A stretch of DNA of 64,000 nucleotides from Octopus sinensis (GCF_006345805.1 NC_042998.1:121706001-121770000); one strand, 5' to 3'. Shown: positions 52,401 through 63,869, counted from the stretch's first letter. Translations and numbers: made by a program. The notes: generated by a model from the sequence alone, not told the origin.

Positions 52401-52926
52401 ATACATCCTCTTCCCCAATCTGTACAGATGTTCCCTACTGCCATCTCTCACTTCTCTTATCTCTTTCCTCCTGCGCTCATGCAAACCCCCACTACTCTAC
52501 TCACCATTGCTCTTCCTATGTGAGGTGCCACTTGAATACTTCACTGTCTATCTCCTTGGAAATACCTCTAATTTATTCTCTCTCTCTCTCTTTTAAATGT
52601 GAGTCGTCGTGTAACAACTCTGCAACAAGAACCTGCTCTACCCCAACTTCTTCCCTCATATGTTAACCCCATCTAACATATGGGTGCAACATTCTCCCCC
52701 CTGGTGTTTGTTACTTGTGAGCTACATGGTAACCTTAATAGTGCTGTTGGTATTAAAAAAAGCACCCAGTACACACCGTACAGTGGTTGGCATTAGGAAA
52801 GGTATACAATCATAGAAGCCATATCAAAGCAGATACTGGAGCCCTATGCACTTCTTCAGATTCTCATCAAACCATCCAATCCATTCCAGCATGGAACATG
52901 GATGTTAACTGAGGACAATGATGATG

Positions 52927-52961
<35 letters not shown>

Positions 52962-53007
52962 CACAAATGAAACAAGGGCACTCAACACATCTATTAGGAG
53001 TTACATA

Positions 53008-53148
53008 TGTGGATCAGTTTGATTCAAACTCCTCTGAGTTTCAAGCGTGTCACTAGTCTTCGACCATTGGAGTCTCCAATGACCAAAGTCTAGTGACACG
53101 CTTGAAACTCAGAGTACCAAGGAGTTTGAATCAGACTGTTTTGATCCA

Positions 53149-53150
<2 letters not shown>
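53008..53150. mobile_element. Fold-back palindrome of about 140 bp between TA/TCTA tracts
   Basis: Perfect 24-bp arm TCTGAGTTTCAAGCGTGTCACTAG / CTAGTGACACGCTTGAAACTCAGA; centre CATTGGAG-T-CTCCAATG at 53073. Confidence 0.88.
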
Positions 53151-53186
<36 letters not shown>

Positions 53187-53270
53187 CATATATATATATA
53201 TATACATACATGGGTAAATAGACAAACAAGAGAAAAAGGTACTCAATATATTTAGTATGAGTTACATGTA

Positions 53271-53522
53271 TTGTTACTTAAAACAGTTTGATTCAGCTCC
53301 ATGTGACTTAAAGTTTCATAGGCTTCAAACAGAAACCTATTTTATTCAGGCTTAGATTACCGAATGAAGGAATGTAAGAAGTCCAAGGTGGCTATTTTCC
53401 TGTAGTCATTGTGGACTTCATGTGTCCCTCCATTCAATAATCTAAGCCTGAAGGTGACAGGCTCCAGTTAGAAGTCTGTGAAAGTTTGCATGGAGCAAAA
53501 TCAAAATGTCTTAAATGATAAC
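53271..53522. mobile_element. Fold-back palindrome of about 250 bp, related to the 53008 element
   Basis: Gap-free 50-bp inner stem 53345-53394 / 53403-53452 (38 Watson-Crick, 6 G.T, 6 mismatches) with alignable outer arms. The left flank shares AAGG.ACTCAA.A.AT...GAGTTACA...CAGTTTGATTCA with 52975-53026. Confidence 0.85.
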
Positions 53523-54249
53523 ACACACATGCACACACACATACAGTCACATAATATGAGCTAGAGAAATTGCATTTAAATAATATGCACAAGAAAAAAA
53601 TGGCAAAATCTAAAGAACTGGTATTTTCCATGTTTCCACAATAGTTTTCTTGCAAGGCAAGTAAGTATACAATGTAAAGTTACTAAGTCATATAAATATC
53701 TGCACTTACCGAACTTTACTCTAAAACTACTCACCCCTACTTCATTACACTATAGCATTTTCATAATTAATTTAGAATTTACTTTTTACTTGTATTCTGA
53801 AGAGCTATTTAATTTAATCTCGGATCACAATGCCCAAGATATAATGAATGGTAATAACATATATCCAGATTAAATGGATTTGTTCTCTTATGAGAAGTTT
53901 CAATACTTTTGTATATGTTTTTTGCTTTACATTTTTATCTCAAAGCGACATGATATCTTTGCTGACTACATTCAGTAATATCTAAAATGAAGTTATGTAG
54001 AACAGCAGGAATATCTCATAGAACTAGTATAAACCATTAATGGAAGAATCTGAATTTCTTAGTAGCTTCTTATATCCCATGACATTGGGGTGAAATAAGT
54101 AAGTAGAATTTGGATGTCTGAGTGAGTGTGTGTGTATGTGTGTCCATGTGTTGAGTGTGTGTGTGTATGTATACATAAGTGTATATATGCATGTACAAAT
54201 ATATGTATATATACATATATGATATATCTTATATATTTGCATGTATGTA

Positions 54250-54283
<34 letters not shown>

Positions 54284-54569
54284 CACACACGTGTGTGTAT
54301 GTATATATATATGTGTGTGTATGTGTAAATATATATGTATGCATGTGTATGTGCATGTACATGCACATATTCAAAACAAAGTTTATTTAGGTACACAAAT
54401 GAAAGAGAGAGATAGAGAAAGAGAGAGTATTCAATATACAAAGTAGTTATTGGTAACTATAAAACTTTATCATAACACTGATCTCTCCCACTTTTAATTC
54501 CATTACATACATACACATACATATATACATATATATGTGTGTGTGTATATATATATATAGTGAGAATCT

Positions 54570-56310
54570 ACAAAAAAACAAAAGACGAGGTCGGGTGTGT
54601 AAACAACAAACAGATGTATTAGTTTAATGCTCGGGAAGTGAGAAAGTCTTTTACATTTTGAGCCTATGCTCTTTGACAGAAAGGAACATAGAAATAAATA
54701 GGGAGAGAAAATAGAAAAGGTTTAGCGGCTAGCAAATACTGGACAGAGAGGTCACGCAGGAGAGTTAGGAAGAAGGGGAGATAATAAAGTAGTGGTGATT
54801 CCAAAACGAAGGTGCACATGTATGTGTGTGTGGAAGGGGGCTGGTGACATTAGTAGGGGTGGGGTAACAAGGGACGATGAAGGGAGAGGGTGGAAGGGAG
54901 AAGGTGGATAGGAGTGAAGAGAGGAAGTAGGTGCCAGAGCAAGAGAGGAGAGGTGGTTGGGAGGAAGTAGGTGTGAGAGAAAGAGAGGAGAGAGGAGGAG
55001 GGTTAGATGAAGAGGGGAGGAGAGTTGAGCCCATGTGGTACAAAGGAGTGAAGAGAGAAGATTAGTCCCTGCTCATGGCGAAGACAGGAGTCCGGATGGC
55101 CCCTGTGCAAGGACAAGCTGAACACAGACAGGTGTAGTAAAGAGTGACTGGTAGAGTGGAAATTGCAGGAGACCGGGGTGGTGTTGCTGAGTCAGATGTT
55201 TCGGAGGTGTTCTGCAAACCGGTCAGCCAAATGGCATCCCATTTGACTGATGTATAGAGAAGGACAGAGAGAGCAAGAGATGCAGCAGATGACGTTGCTA
55301 GAAGTGCAGGTGAAGGAGTCAGTGATATGATAGGGTCGATGATGGGTGCCTGTGAGGAGGGTGGTGTTGGAAAGGTAAGGGCAAGTGCGGCAGTGTGGGC
55401 GGGAGCAGGGAAATGAGCCAGGTTGGGGGATTGGGTTAGGGAAGAAGCTATGGACCAAGAGGTCTTGTAGGTTGTGGGCTCATTTGAAGGAGGGGAGGGG
55501 TCAGTTAGGGAAGATGTGCGAAGTGGAGGAGTAGGACTGGAGTCACTGGAAGGCTTAGAGAATGGTGCGTTGGAGAGGTTGGGTGGTGGGGTGGTAGGTA
55601 AGGGGAAAAGGGAGACGGGTGATGACGGCGGGTGCAAGGGAGAGAGCAGATGCACGGTCCAAGGAACATGCCCTGGTAAGGGTGGTGTGGATAGTGGTGA
55701 GGGGATATCCACGTAGGATGAAGTGGTGAGCCATGAGCTGAGACTGAGTTTCAAGTCATGGTCATCGCTGCAGAGCCTGTGTAGACAGAGGAATTGGGAA
55801 TAGGGGATGGAGAGCTTGGTGTGTTTAGGGTGGGAGGAGGAAAAGTTGAGGTATGAGTGTGAGTGTGTATTTGTAGTGGATGGAGGTGATGAGAGTGGAG
55901 TGATGAATGCTGACTGAAATGTTGGGAAAGGGCGACTGAGGTGTTGGAAATAGTGCAGAAGTGGAGGGCAAGATGATAGAGGTTTGTGGGGGCGTGAGGG
56001 GGCACCGATACAGTCGTCAATATAACGACCATATAGTTCAGGAGTGGGACCAGTGAAACTTGAGAATATTTGGGTCTCAATGTAGCCAATGAACAGGTTC
56101 ACATAGTGGGGTCCATTCTCATTCCCATGGCCACTCCCGAGACCTGCTGGTAAAAATCGCCCATGAACGTGAAGCAGTTGAGTGAGAGGACAAGTTTGGC
56201 CAGACGAAGGAGTGTAGATGTGTCAGGCTGGGGGTTGGGTTGAAGATCAAAGAAATGTTGGAGTGCATGCAGCCCCTAATGACACACACACACACATGCA
56301 TACATACATA
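54570..56310 (-). mobile_element. 5'-truncated Penelope-like element (RT C-half, GIY-YIG, C/T-rich spacer, pLTR)
   Basis: MNLFIGYIE...YGRYIDDCIGA, HSYLNFSSSHPKHTKLSIPYSQFL and FPCSRPHCRTCPY...FTCTSSNVICCISCSLCPSLYISQMGCHLADRFAEH. Confidence 0.92.
54648..54683 (-). ncRNA. CpG-decayed hammerhead variant in pLTR
   Basis: CTTT-CTGTCAA-A-GAGC atag GCTC-AAAA-TG-TA-AAAG: stems I and II pair; three CpG reversions give CUGUCGA / GAAA / ACGU. Confidence 0.55.
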
Positions 56311-56317
56311 CATAGTA

Positions 56318-56373
56318 TTGTTGACACCTGATGAAGGCTGGAGGGTATATCAGCCAAAACGTTGTGTTAACAA
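56318..56373 (+). ncRNA. Hammerhead motif with 10-bp stem I and G12 mutated to A
   Basis: TTGTTGACAC-CTGATGA-A-GGCTG(10 nt)CAGCC-AAAA-CG-TT-GTGTTAACAA. Confidence 0.7.
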
Positions 56374-57993
56374 CAAACAAGATGAGGACAAATATCTGTC
56401 AAATGTAAATAATGTAAATAAAGTTTGTAAGAACTATGTAAGTTCTGTACAAGGGTAATATAAATAGGGTTAGGTTGGAAGTGAGTTTAATGAAGAATTT
56501 AGAATAAAAGTTTGTATCTGCCAGGTTTTTGTATCAGCATCCTTCACATTAATTGTAGTTGTAGTTACACCACAAAAGTTCCAGCAAATAAGTTCTGACA
56601 AATAAACCTGAAAATTTTGTATGTTGATGAGGATGTTCTCATAGTAGAATCTTGAAGATTTGCAGAAAAAGTTTCAAACCTAGAAAAATGACATAGTCCA
56701 AAAATTTGAAGGTCAGCATGACAGAAAGTGCTTGTGTGCCAATAACAAAGACAATATAAGATTCTACTACTATCTAGGAAAGCCTTTCTTCGAATTTATG
56801 AATGGAGTCAGTAAGAAATTATAGGTAAATACTGGAGGAATATTATTCTGGTTATTTTGAGCTCACTTCAAATTATTTGACTAATGTCTAGCCTTTCCTT
56901 TTGGTTTAGAGTTGTTTTATGTAACTCCAACCACTGAAGTTAACCTTTTTTTTTCTAAGACCTTCATTTGTAATGATGAAAAGCTTGTGAAGAACAATAA
57001 ATTTGAGAACAACAATGTAGTGGACTAGTATAGTGATCATTGCTTAGCCACAGGTCAACTTGTTTGAACAGACCTGTGACCAGCTGTGACCATTCTGTTT
57101 TTTAAGGATATCTGTGACTATATCTAGCAGGTGCCTCCAAGATGCTAGGGTATGCTTTGAGGGAGAATTGGCTGCTGTTTCTAGCAGGACCTATAATTGC
57201 ATATATACTCTCTGTGAAGAATTTGCTTCATATGGCAGCAAGACTTGAAAATAGTTTTTAGAGGAAGTAGACTTACAATTAAAGCAGGGTTCTGATTTTG
57301 AATAGAGCTGCCTTTGATTACTCACATGCAATATTCTGTTATATGACCAAGGGGAAAATACATTAAGGGAACATTCTACATGCTAAATACAAATATGTTA
57401 GGGTCTCATATATGTAATAATACTGAGCTGTAAACTTTGATTAAATGTGCTTGTCCCTCTAAGAGTGTTTAAAATCTAAAAACAATAAGCAAGATAATTC
57501 ATTGCTTTAAACTAGATTTACCATGTGGTGAATTTTAATCACCCATCATATGGATGACAGTTACAGGGCATCAAACAAACAAACATTTCATTAATTAGAG
57601 TCAATCAGGGAGCTTCTATGTTGTCTGCAAACCAATGAAGGAGCCTTTACTCAGTTACTCTTCTAGAAACAACAAGGAAACCTCTGACATCTAGCACCCT
57701 ACCATCTGTAAAAAACACAAAAATATTAGATAATGTAGTTTTTGAGAATGAATACTTTAGATCACAAGTCTCCTTGATCAGAGCTGACCTAGATTTAAAA
57801 GAAACAATAGCTTATTATTTGATATAATGGTTCAAAATTTAGTTAAAATAAAATACTAAAGTGTGCCAGAAATGATTGGTGGCACTGGGAAGAAGACATG
57901 ATAATCTGCAGTTGATACAATAGACTTTTAGACAGTACATTCTCTATTGTACTACTAATATTTTGATTTTTGGGTGAGAGAGACAGAGAGAAA

Positions 57994-58058
<65 letters not shown>

Positions 58059-59379
58059 ATAAGAGGGAGAGAGGAGCAGAACTCTCCTTGTACAATGTCC
58101 GCACTATTTTAAACATCTGTATACAGATTTTCTGATTCTTAACCACAGAGAATGAATGCCTAGCCACAAAAATAAAAAAAACAAATCTTGATTTCAAAGT
58201 GCTTAAAATCTATATTATTGATATTATAGGCTCTAAGTGAAACTCAATATGGTGAAGAAAGGTCAATAAGTAAAAAGATATCAGGCAACAATGCAAAGGT
58301 AGACAGTGTGAAATGTGTGTATGTGTGTGTGTGAGAAGTGCATTATTGCTGCATAGTAATGAAATACGTTGTTGAATGTAGAATATTAGGAAGAGGCTGT
58401 AAAGAAATGAGTCGAATATGAACTGTTGAGAGTGTAACATTTATGAAAAGTAGAATAAAAGTGAGTTAGATGTTAAAGGTATCAGTTTAGTGTGTATAGA
58501 AGAAACAGTGGCACTGGTTATGGACAATCTAAATTGATAACTCGTGCTAAATGACAAAGTATTGTAAGCTGTGACAGTGAGAAGGAATTTGTCATAGAGG
58601 AAGATGATCAAGAAAGATATATGGAAAACAGTGATGAGTTCAGATGTGAAGATATTGGACTGTCCAGAAATTAAATTACCAGAACTGTGAGTAATGGAGT
58701 TATGCAGTAACGAACCCTTCATTGAAGAGTGGATAATAAAATATTGATGATTATGATGATGATGGTGAAAAGAGAAGACAGAATTCAAGAAATAGAAAAG
58801 GTAATGCCATCTATTCTGATAGATCATCTAGATTTCTTCACTGATATTGATGAAAGGCTAATAATATGGAATGTCACTTAACTCTAAATAATTTGTCAGT
58901 ATGAATTTACAGTAAATTTTCTACTTTGACCTTGACTCAAATCTTGACAGTTACAGTTTAAGATAAATAGATTTTCTGGGTATCTGATTGTCAGCATATT
59001 TAAGGAATGGAGTATTAAAATATCATAGAAGAAAAGAAACAATATTAAGTGTTGACTAATATTGCTTTTTTTCAGTATTTTTTACAACTACCTATTATTC
59101 ATCTTTACTAGTCAATAATTAACATTGTTTTCTCATTTCTTGAGCAAGTGTTTCTGTAAAATTTGCAACTTTGTGGGATAGGAAATACTTCAGATGTGAT
59201 TAGTTGACGACCCTCTACAAAGCTCAATTAAAATCCATAGTAGGATTACCATAGCTTCCTCTAATTAGAATACAGATTGAAATTTGAGGGAGATTTGGCT
59301 GTTATTTCATGCATATTGAGACTTCCTTACTGCTGAATATCTATACATGTTCAAACTGAACAACAACTGGGAAATTGTT

Positions 59380-59469
59380 AAAGATCATAATCACTTCTGA
59401 TTAATTAATAAAGATCATAGTCACTTCAGACTAATTAATGAAGGTCATAGTCACTTTTGACTAATCAAT
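59380..59469 (+). repeat. Three 30-bp tandem repeats
   Basis: AAAGATCATAATCACTTCTGATTAATTAAT-like units start at 59380, 59410 and 59440. Confidence 0.9.
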
Positions 59470-59884
59470 AAATAAAAGGTGGTGAACTGACAGAGTTGTT
59501 AGAATGTTGGATAAAATGCCTTGTGGCATTTGTTCCAACTCTTTATGTTCTGAGTTCAAATAATTTCAAGCTTTACCATTCATTCTTTCAGGTTTAGTAA
59601 AAAAATTACCAATCTAGAGCAATGGATTGATGGAACTACAAGAGGCCTGGGTGAAATGTTTTGTAGTATCTGTTTCAGCTCTGAGCATTCTGACAGCAAT
59701 ACCTGCCCTGAGACTGGTGCCAAACTGTATTGGTTGAAATTGGTGGCCTTTCACTTGGATAAACATGAGTGGTATGCAGAGGGGAGGCTTGCATGCATTG
59801 GTAACTGCTAGTTTTTCTCAAAAAATCTTGCCCAGTCTGCACATATATGTGGAGAAGAAAGGCCTTATATAATCTTTTCTACTA

Positions 59885-60080
59885 TAGGCACAAGGCCTGA
59901 AATTGTGGGGGAGTGGGGTACAACAACTCCAGTATTTGACTGCTATTTATTTCCTTGACCCCCTAAAGGACAAAAGTCAAAGTCAACCTTTGCAGAATTT
60001 GAACTCAGAACATAAAGATGGATGAAATGCTGCTAAGCAGTTTGCCTGGCTTGCTAATGATTCTGCCAGCTCGCCAACTT
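59885..60080 (-). mobile_element. tRNA-derived SINE, fourth family
   Basis: Minus strand GGCGAGCTGGCAGAATCATTAGCA...GTTCTGAGTTCAAATTC (B-box-like); degenerate copies at about 9600 and 59475. Confidence 0.7.
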
Positions 60081-60087
60081 AAGGCCC

Positions 60088-60132
<45 letters not shown>

Positions 60133-60369
60133 TTAATAATAATAATAATAACAACAACATCAACAATAAAAAAAAATGATAATAATAGTCAGCAGCTGAA
60201 GACATAGAAACACTAATACAACCCAGCAGGACAACTGAAAAATAACTCTCAAAGACTGGAATATCTACAATTTCCTGTGAGTATTTAAAATTTCCCTCAA
60301 AATAAGTTAAGAAACTTACATATCTACAGTTTTCAAACACACAAACGATCACCTTTAAAAACTTTAATA

Positions 60370-61600
60370 TCTACAACTTCTGTGAATACCTATCCTTTCC
60401 TTTCTCCCTGAGTATTCGAAAATGTAAGCATCCTGGCAGAAGGAGGGGACATGGACCACACCCACTTTCGTTTTTTTTTGTTTTTTATTTTTTCCACAGA
60501 ACCCCACTTTTTCGACTATGGAGATTCTGAATCTGAAAAAAAAAAAAAAAATCAGCATGAAATGCTGATTTTGGTTAATGCCGACATTATAACCCGGAAA
60601 CGAAATAAAAAAAAAATAGTACAATGGGTGTAAAAAAAAGGTGTAGGAAACGAATATGAAAACAAAAATGCCCGGAAAGCAACAAGGTGTGGGGAGAGGC
60701 CTTCAGAAAATTCACAAGATCTGATGTTTTTCCGTCATAACTTTTAGGAAAATGGGTTTTTAAAATGAAATTTTATATAAATGCCTTTCAAACGGTATAC
60801 ATTACGATTATAAAGAAATTTTGGGAAAAATCTTTTCCGAGGGGGCGGGGAGAGGACTTCGGAAAATTCACAAAGATCCAATGATTTTCCCTCGTAACTT
60901 TGAGGAAAATGGATATCTTTCTACTTCACACCCACGTAGGAAATGAATCTGAAAACAAAAATGTGTAGAAAGCAACGGGATAGAGAAAGGACTTCGGAAA
61001 ATTCACAAGATCCGAGTTTTTCTCTCATAACTTTGAGGAAAATGGGTATCTTTTAATGAAATTGTATATAAATACCTTTTCAACAGCATGTATTACGGAT
61101 GCCTAATGTGCCACAAACCCCTCATTTTCCTTCGGAAATAAGTGAGGGGAGAGGAAACTGGAATTATTGGAAAATGTTTTTCATTTTTCCAATGAATGAA
61201 TTACGGTGACCTAATATGCCACAAAACACTTTTTCATCCGGAAAATGGGGGCTGTTTCTTTCTTTAAAATTTCATTAAATTTTTACAAGTGCACCTCTAT
61301 AAAAATTAGTGGTGATGAAGTCTGGACAGGAGAGAGAAAGAATGATACAAAATCCTTATAAAAACCATGTTAGTGTTCGTGTGTGAAACAAAGTATTATA
61401 TTAAAACATACCTCTTAAAAATCACTAGTTTTCAAATGGTATCCAATGTTTTCACTTCCCTTTAGCAAGTATTCGTACCGAAACTTTAATCAGGTAAACT
61501 AATACATTTCAATTTCATGTAGAGAGAGGGAGAAAGAGACACATCTTCCATGTAATTTACTTTGTGTAACTAAACTTCCAATGGCATAGCAATGTCATGG
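60370..61600 (+). mobile_element. Helitron-like non-autonomous element with internal repeats
   Basis: Three copies of GAGGACTTCGGAAAATTCACAAGATC...TAACTTTGAGGAAAATGG (about 60695, 60852, 60988); 11-bp hairpin 60548-60572; subterminal hairpin ATGGCAT-agca-ATGTCAT near 61580. No clean CTAG end. Confidence 0.4.
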
Positions 61601-61659
61601 GTCAAATGGAGTGAGTGATTTCGTATATATACATATATGTGTGTGTGTGTGTTTATATA

Positions 61660-61704
<45 letters not shown>

Positions 61705-61725
<21 letters not shown>

Positions 61726-62057
61726 TCAACTTGTGTGTCTGTGTGTCTAACTTCCCGGCACATCTCCTCCTAGCCAACAAATCGTAGAACCACCAAAAAT
61801 GGGTCACTTAAAGTTTAGGCGAATGAAAATTGAACTGCGCTATTTCTGTTCCGAAATTCATCTCGCAAGTGCAAAAATCGATAATGTGTTTGTTTAGGCC
61901 TTATCCCATGCATTGACTAGTGAACTTTACTCAGTCAGCTGTCTAACGTGAACTGTGTTCACCACGCGTGCAAGCATGCGTAAATTGCATGAAAAAAAAA
62001 AAATATATATATATATAAGACTGAAGTTGTCTGTGTGTGGCAGGTTTGGTAACCTTC
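61705..62057 (+). mobile_element. Two stacked Helentron-like 5' ends in TA tracts
   Basis: TATATAAAACTCAACTTGTGTGTCTGTGTGT (about 61714) and TATATAAGACTGAAGTTGTCTGTGTGT (about 62012). Confidence 0.4.
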
Positions 62058-62321
62058 TCGTCACATGGTTGACTGTTATTCTCGAAGTGGAGTGTTGTTG
62101 TGAGTAATTGTTTAGCGTTGAATATTGTTGAAAATTGTTGAATTTTATTGTTGCTGTTGAACTTTGTGCGTCTGTTTCATAACAGACAAAAATACTGTTG
62201 TTCTCCTCCGTAAGGAAGGGAAAAGTGTTACATTTTGTCGCATACATATACACAAAAATATTATAAGTCTGGAAAAAAAAAATGAACAAGGAAAACATGT
62301 TGTCTTCTTCAAAATAAATGT

Positions 62322-63861
62322 ATGCAGTGTAAACACTGTCAGTTTCATCTGTTGAAGGTTCGCCTTCATTTGAATCCATTGAAGGTTCGCCTTCCTTTGA
62401 ATTCATTGAAGGTTCGCCTTCTGGATAAAAAAAACGGAAAAAATTTGTTGAAGCAAACCAAAGAAAATTTACCAAAACAAGCAACCAGTTCAGCTAAACA
62501 AGCAAGCCACGAAGATTCGTCTTCAAAAGAAACCAAAGCATTCAACTTCGCAGCTGCGGCTGGCTCAAAAACAGAAGTCATAAAAATGGAAAAAAATGAG
62601 TACATGAAATTCAAAGACATTTACTCGAGGGAGGGGACCGACGTAAAGGCCACCCTCCCAGACGAAATCAGAAAAAAAAAAACACAAGAGAGAATTATTG
62701 TGTATTAGTCCTTTGTGATAAAGGACAAAAAAATAGAGAAAGTAACGAATGAGCAGCCGGAGAAGTGCCTGCAGCCGATTTGGGAAGACATTGAATACGT
62801 AACAAGAGGGAAGAAATATGCCACAATAGTAGTATATTTCAAAAACGAATGCAAGGCAAAAATCCACTCTCTAAAGCACATAAAAGCAAATGAAATCATT
62901 TTGTTACCAACGTACTTAGGGAGGAGGACCGCCAAACTGAAAATTGAAGAAATCCCGCCGGAAATCGAAGTGGCATGGTTGCTTCCAGCCTTACTGATGG
63001 GGCTGGAAGAAAAAATAAATGTAGAAGTGACAAAGGTTCTGAAACAAAACTGGCGAGGCCAGAGCCTTCAAGTTACTATCCAGGCGGCCCCAGAAACACT
63101 GGAAGAAATTGTTGAGAATATCAACTTTAGTAAAGAAATCATTTTGCGGGTGGTGGTAGAGGGGCGAACATTCTTCAGTGTGGAGAAAAGGGCCACATTC
63201 GAGTGGACTGCCCCACCCGCAAAAAAGAGGAGGAAGAAAAAAGGAAGATGGAAGCGGAGGAGAAGAGGCGAAAGGAGACGGAAGAGAAAAAACAAAAGAA
63301 CGCCGAAGAAGAAAACGATTTCACTCTGGTGAGACAGAGAAAGACTCCGAAAAAGATGAATGAAGATTTAACCCCATCCACCCCAAGCACAAACAAGAAA
63401 AAAAAAATACCAACACAGCAAACACACAGGAAAAAACTACCCCACCCCACCACGGTTCCCCACAAAAAGGAAAAAAGTAATGTCGAACTGGACAACCAAT
63501 CCACCCCTCAGTGCTGAACAATTTCCTCCCCTCCCAGACTCCACCCCACCGTCCACCCCATCACCTCCACAAAGCCCAGGAAAATGTGACTCTTAACATG
63601 GTGTACATAGCCATCAATAAAGAAAATGATAGTTTATTAAAAGACATTAATAGCATGCCATCAGCAATACAGATACAAACACACCGGGTATTACCCAAAC
63701 ATGTAGACATATATAAAATTGATATGTTAAATTTAAATATCATTCGCTCAAAATATAAAGCAGACATCTACGGTCCTCGACACGACTTACATGAGTCGTT
63801 CGAGGATTTAAGTCAGAATTTCACCCCACGAACAGCCGGAAAAACAAAGACGACCGTTTAA
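62322..63861 (+). pseudogene. Tx1-type ORF1 with CCHC knuckle, one premature stop and two frameshifts
   Basis: ORFs 62322-62708 and 62715-63332 share a frame, split by one TAG; shifted frame gives QCGEKGHIRVDCP (about 63177-63217); C-terminal part in 63511-63861. Confidence 0.8.
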
Positions 63862-63869
63862 GGTAGGTG

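Noticed and set aside
53345-53452. 50-bp stem with 8-nt loop as a stand-alone pre-miRNA
   Set aside because: It is the centre of a larger transposon-like palindrome and matches no miRNA I recognise; only small-RNA reads could revive it.
58441-58827. 128-aa minus-strand ORF
   Set aside because: No recognisable motif; strand-skewed purine-rich sequence explains the lack of stops.
59380-59469. 30-bp repeats, and the 27-bp repeats at 62354, as CRISPR-like arrays
   Set aside because: The units are directly tandem without unique spacers, the context is eukaryotic and there are no cas genes.
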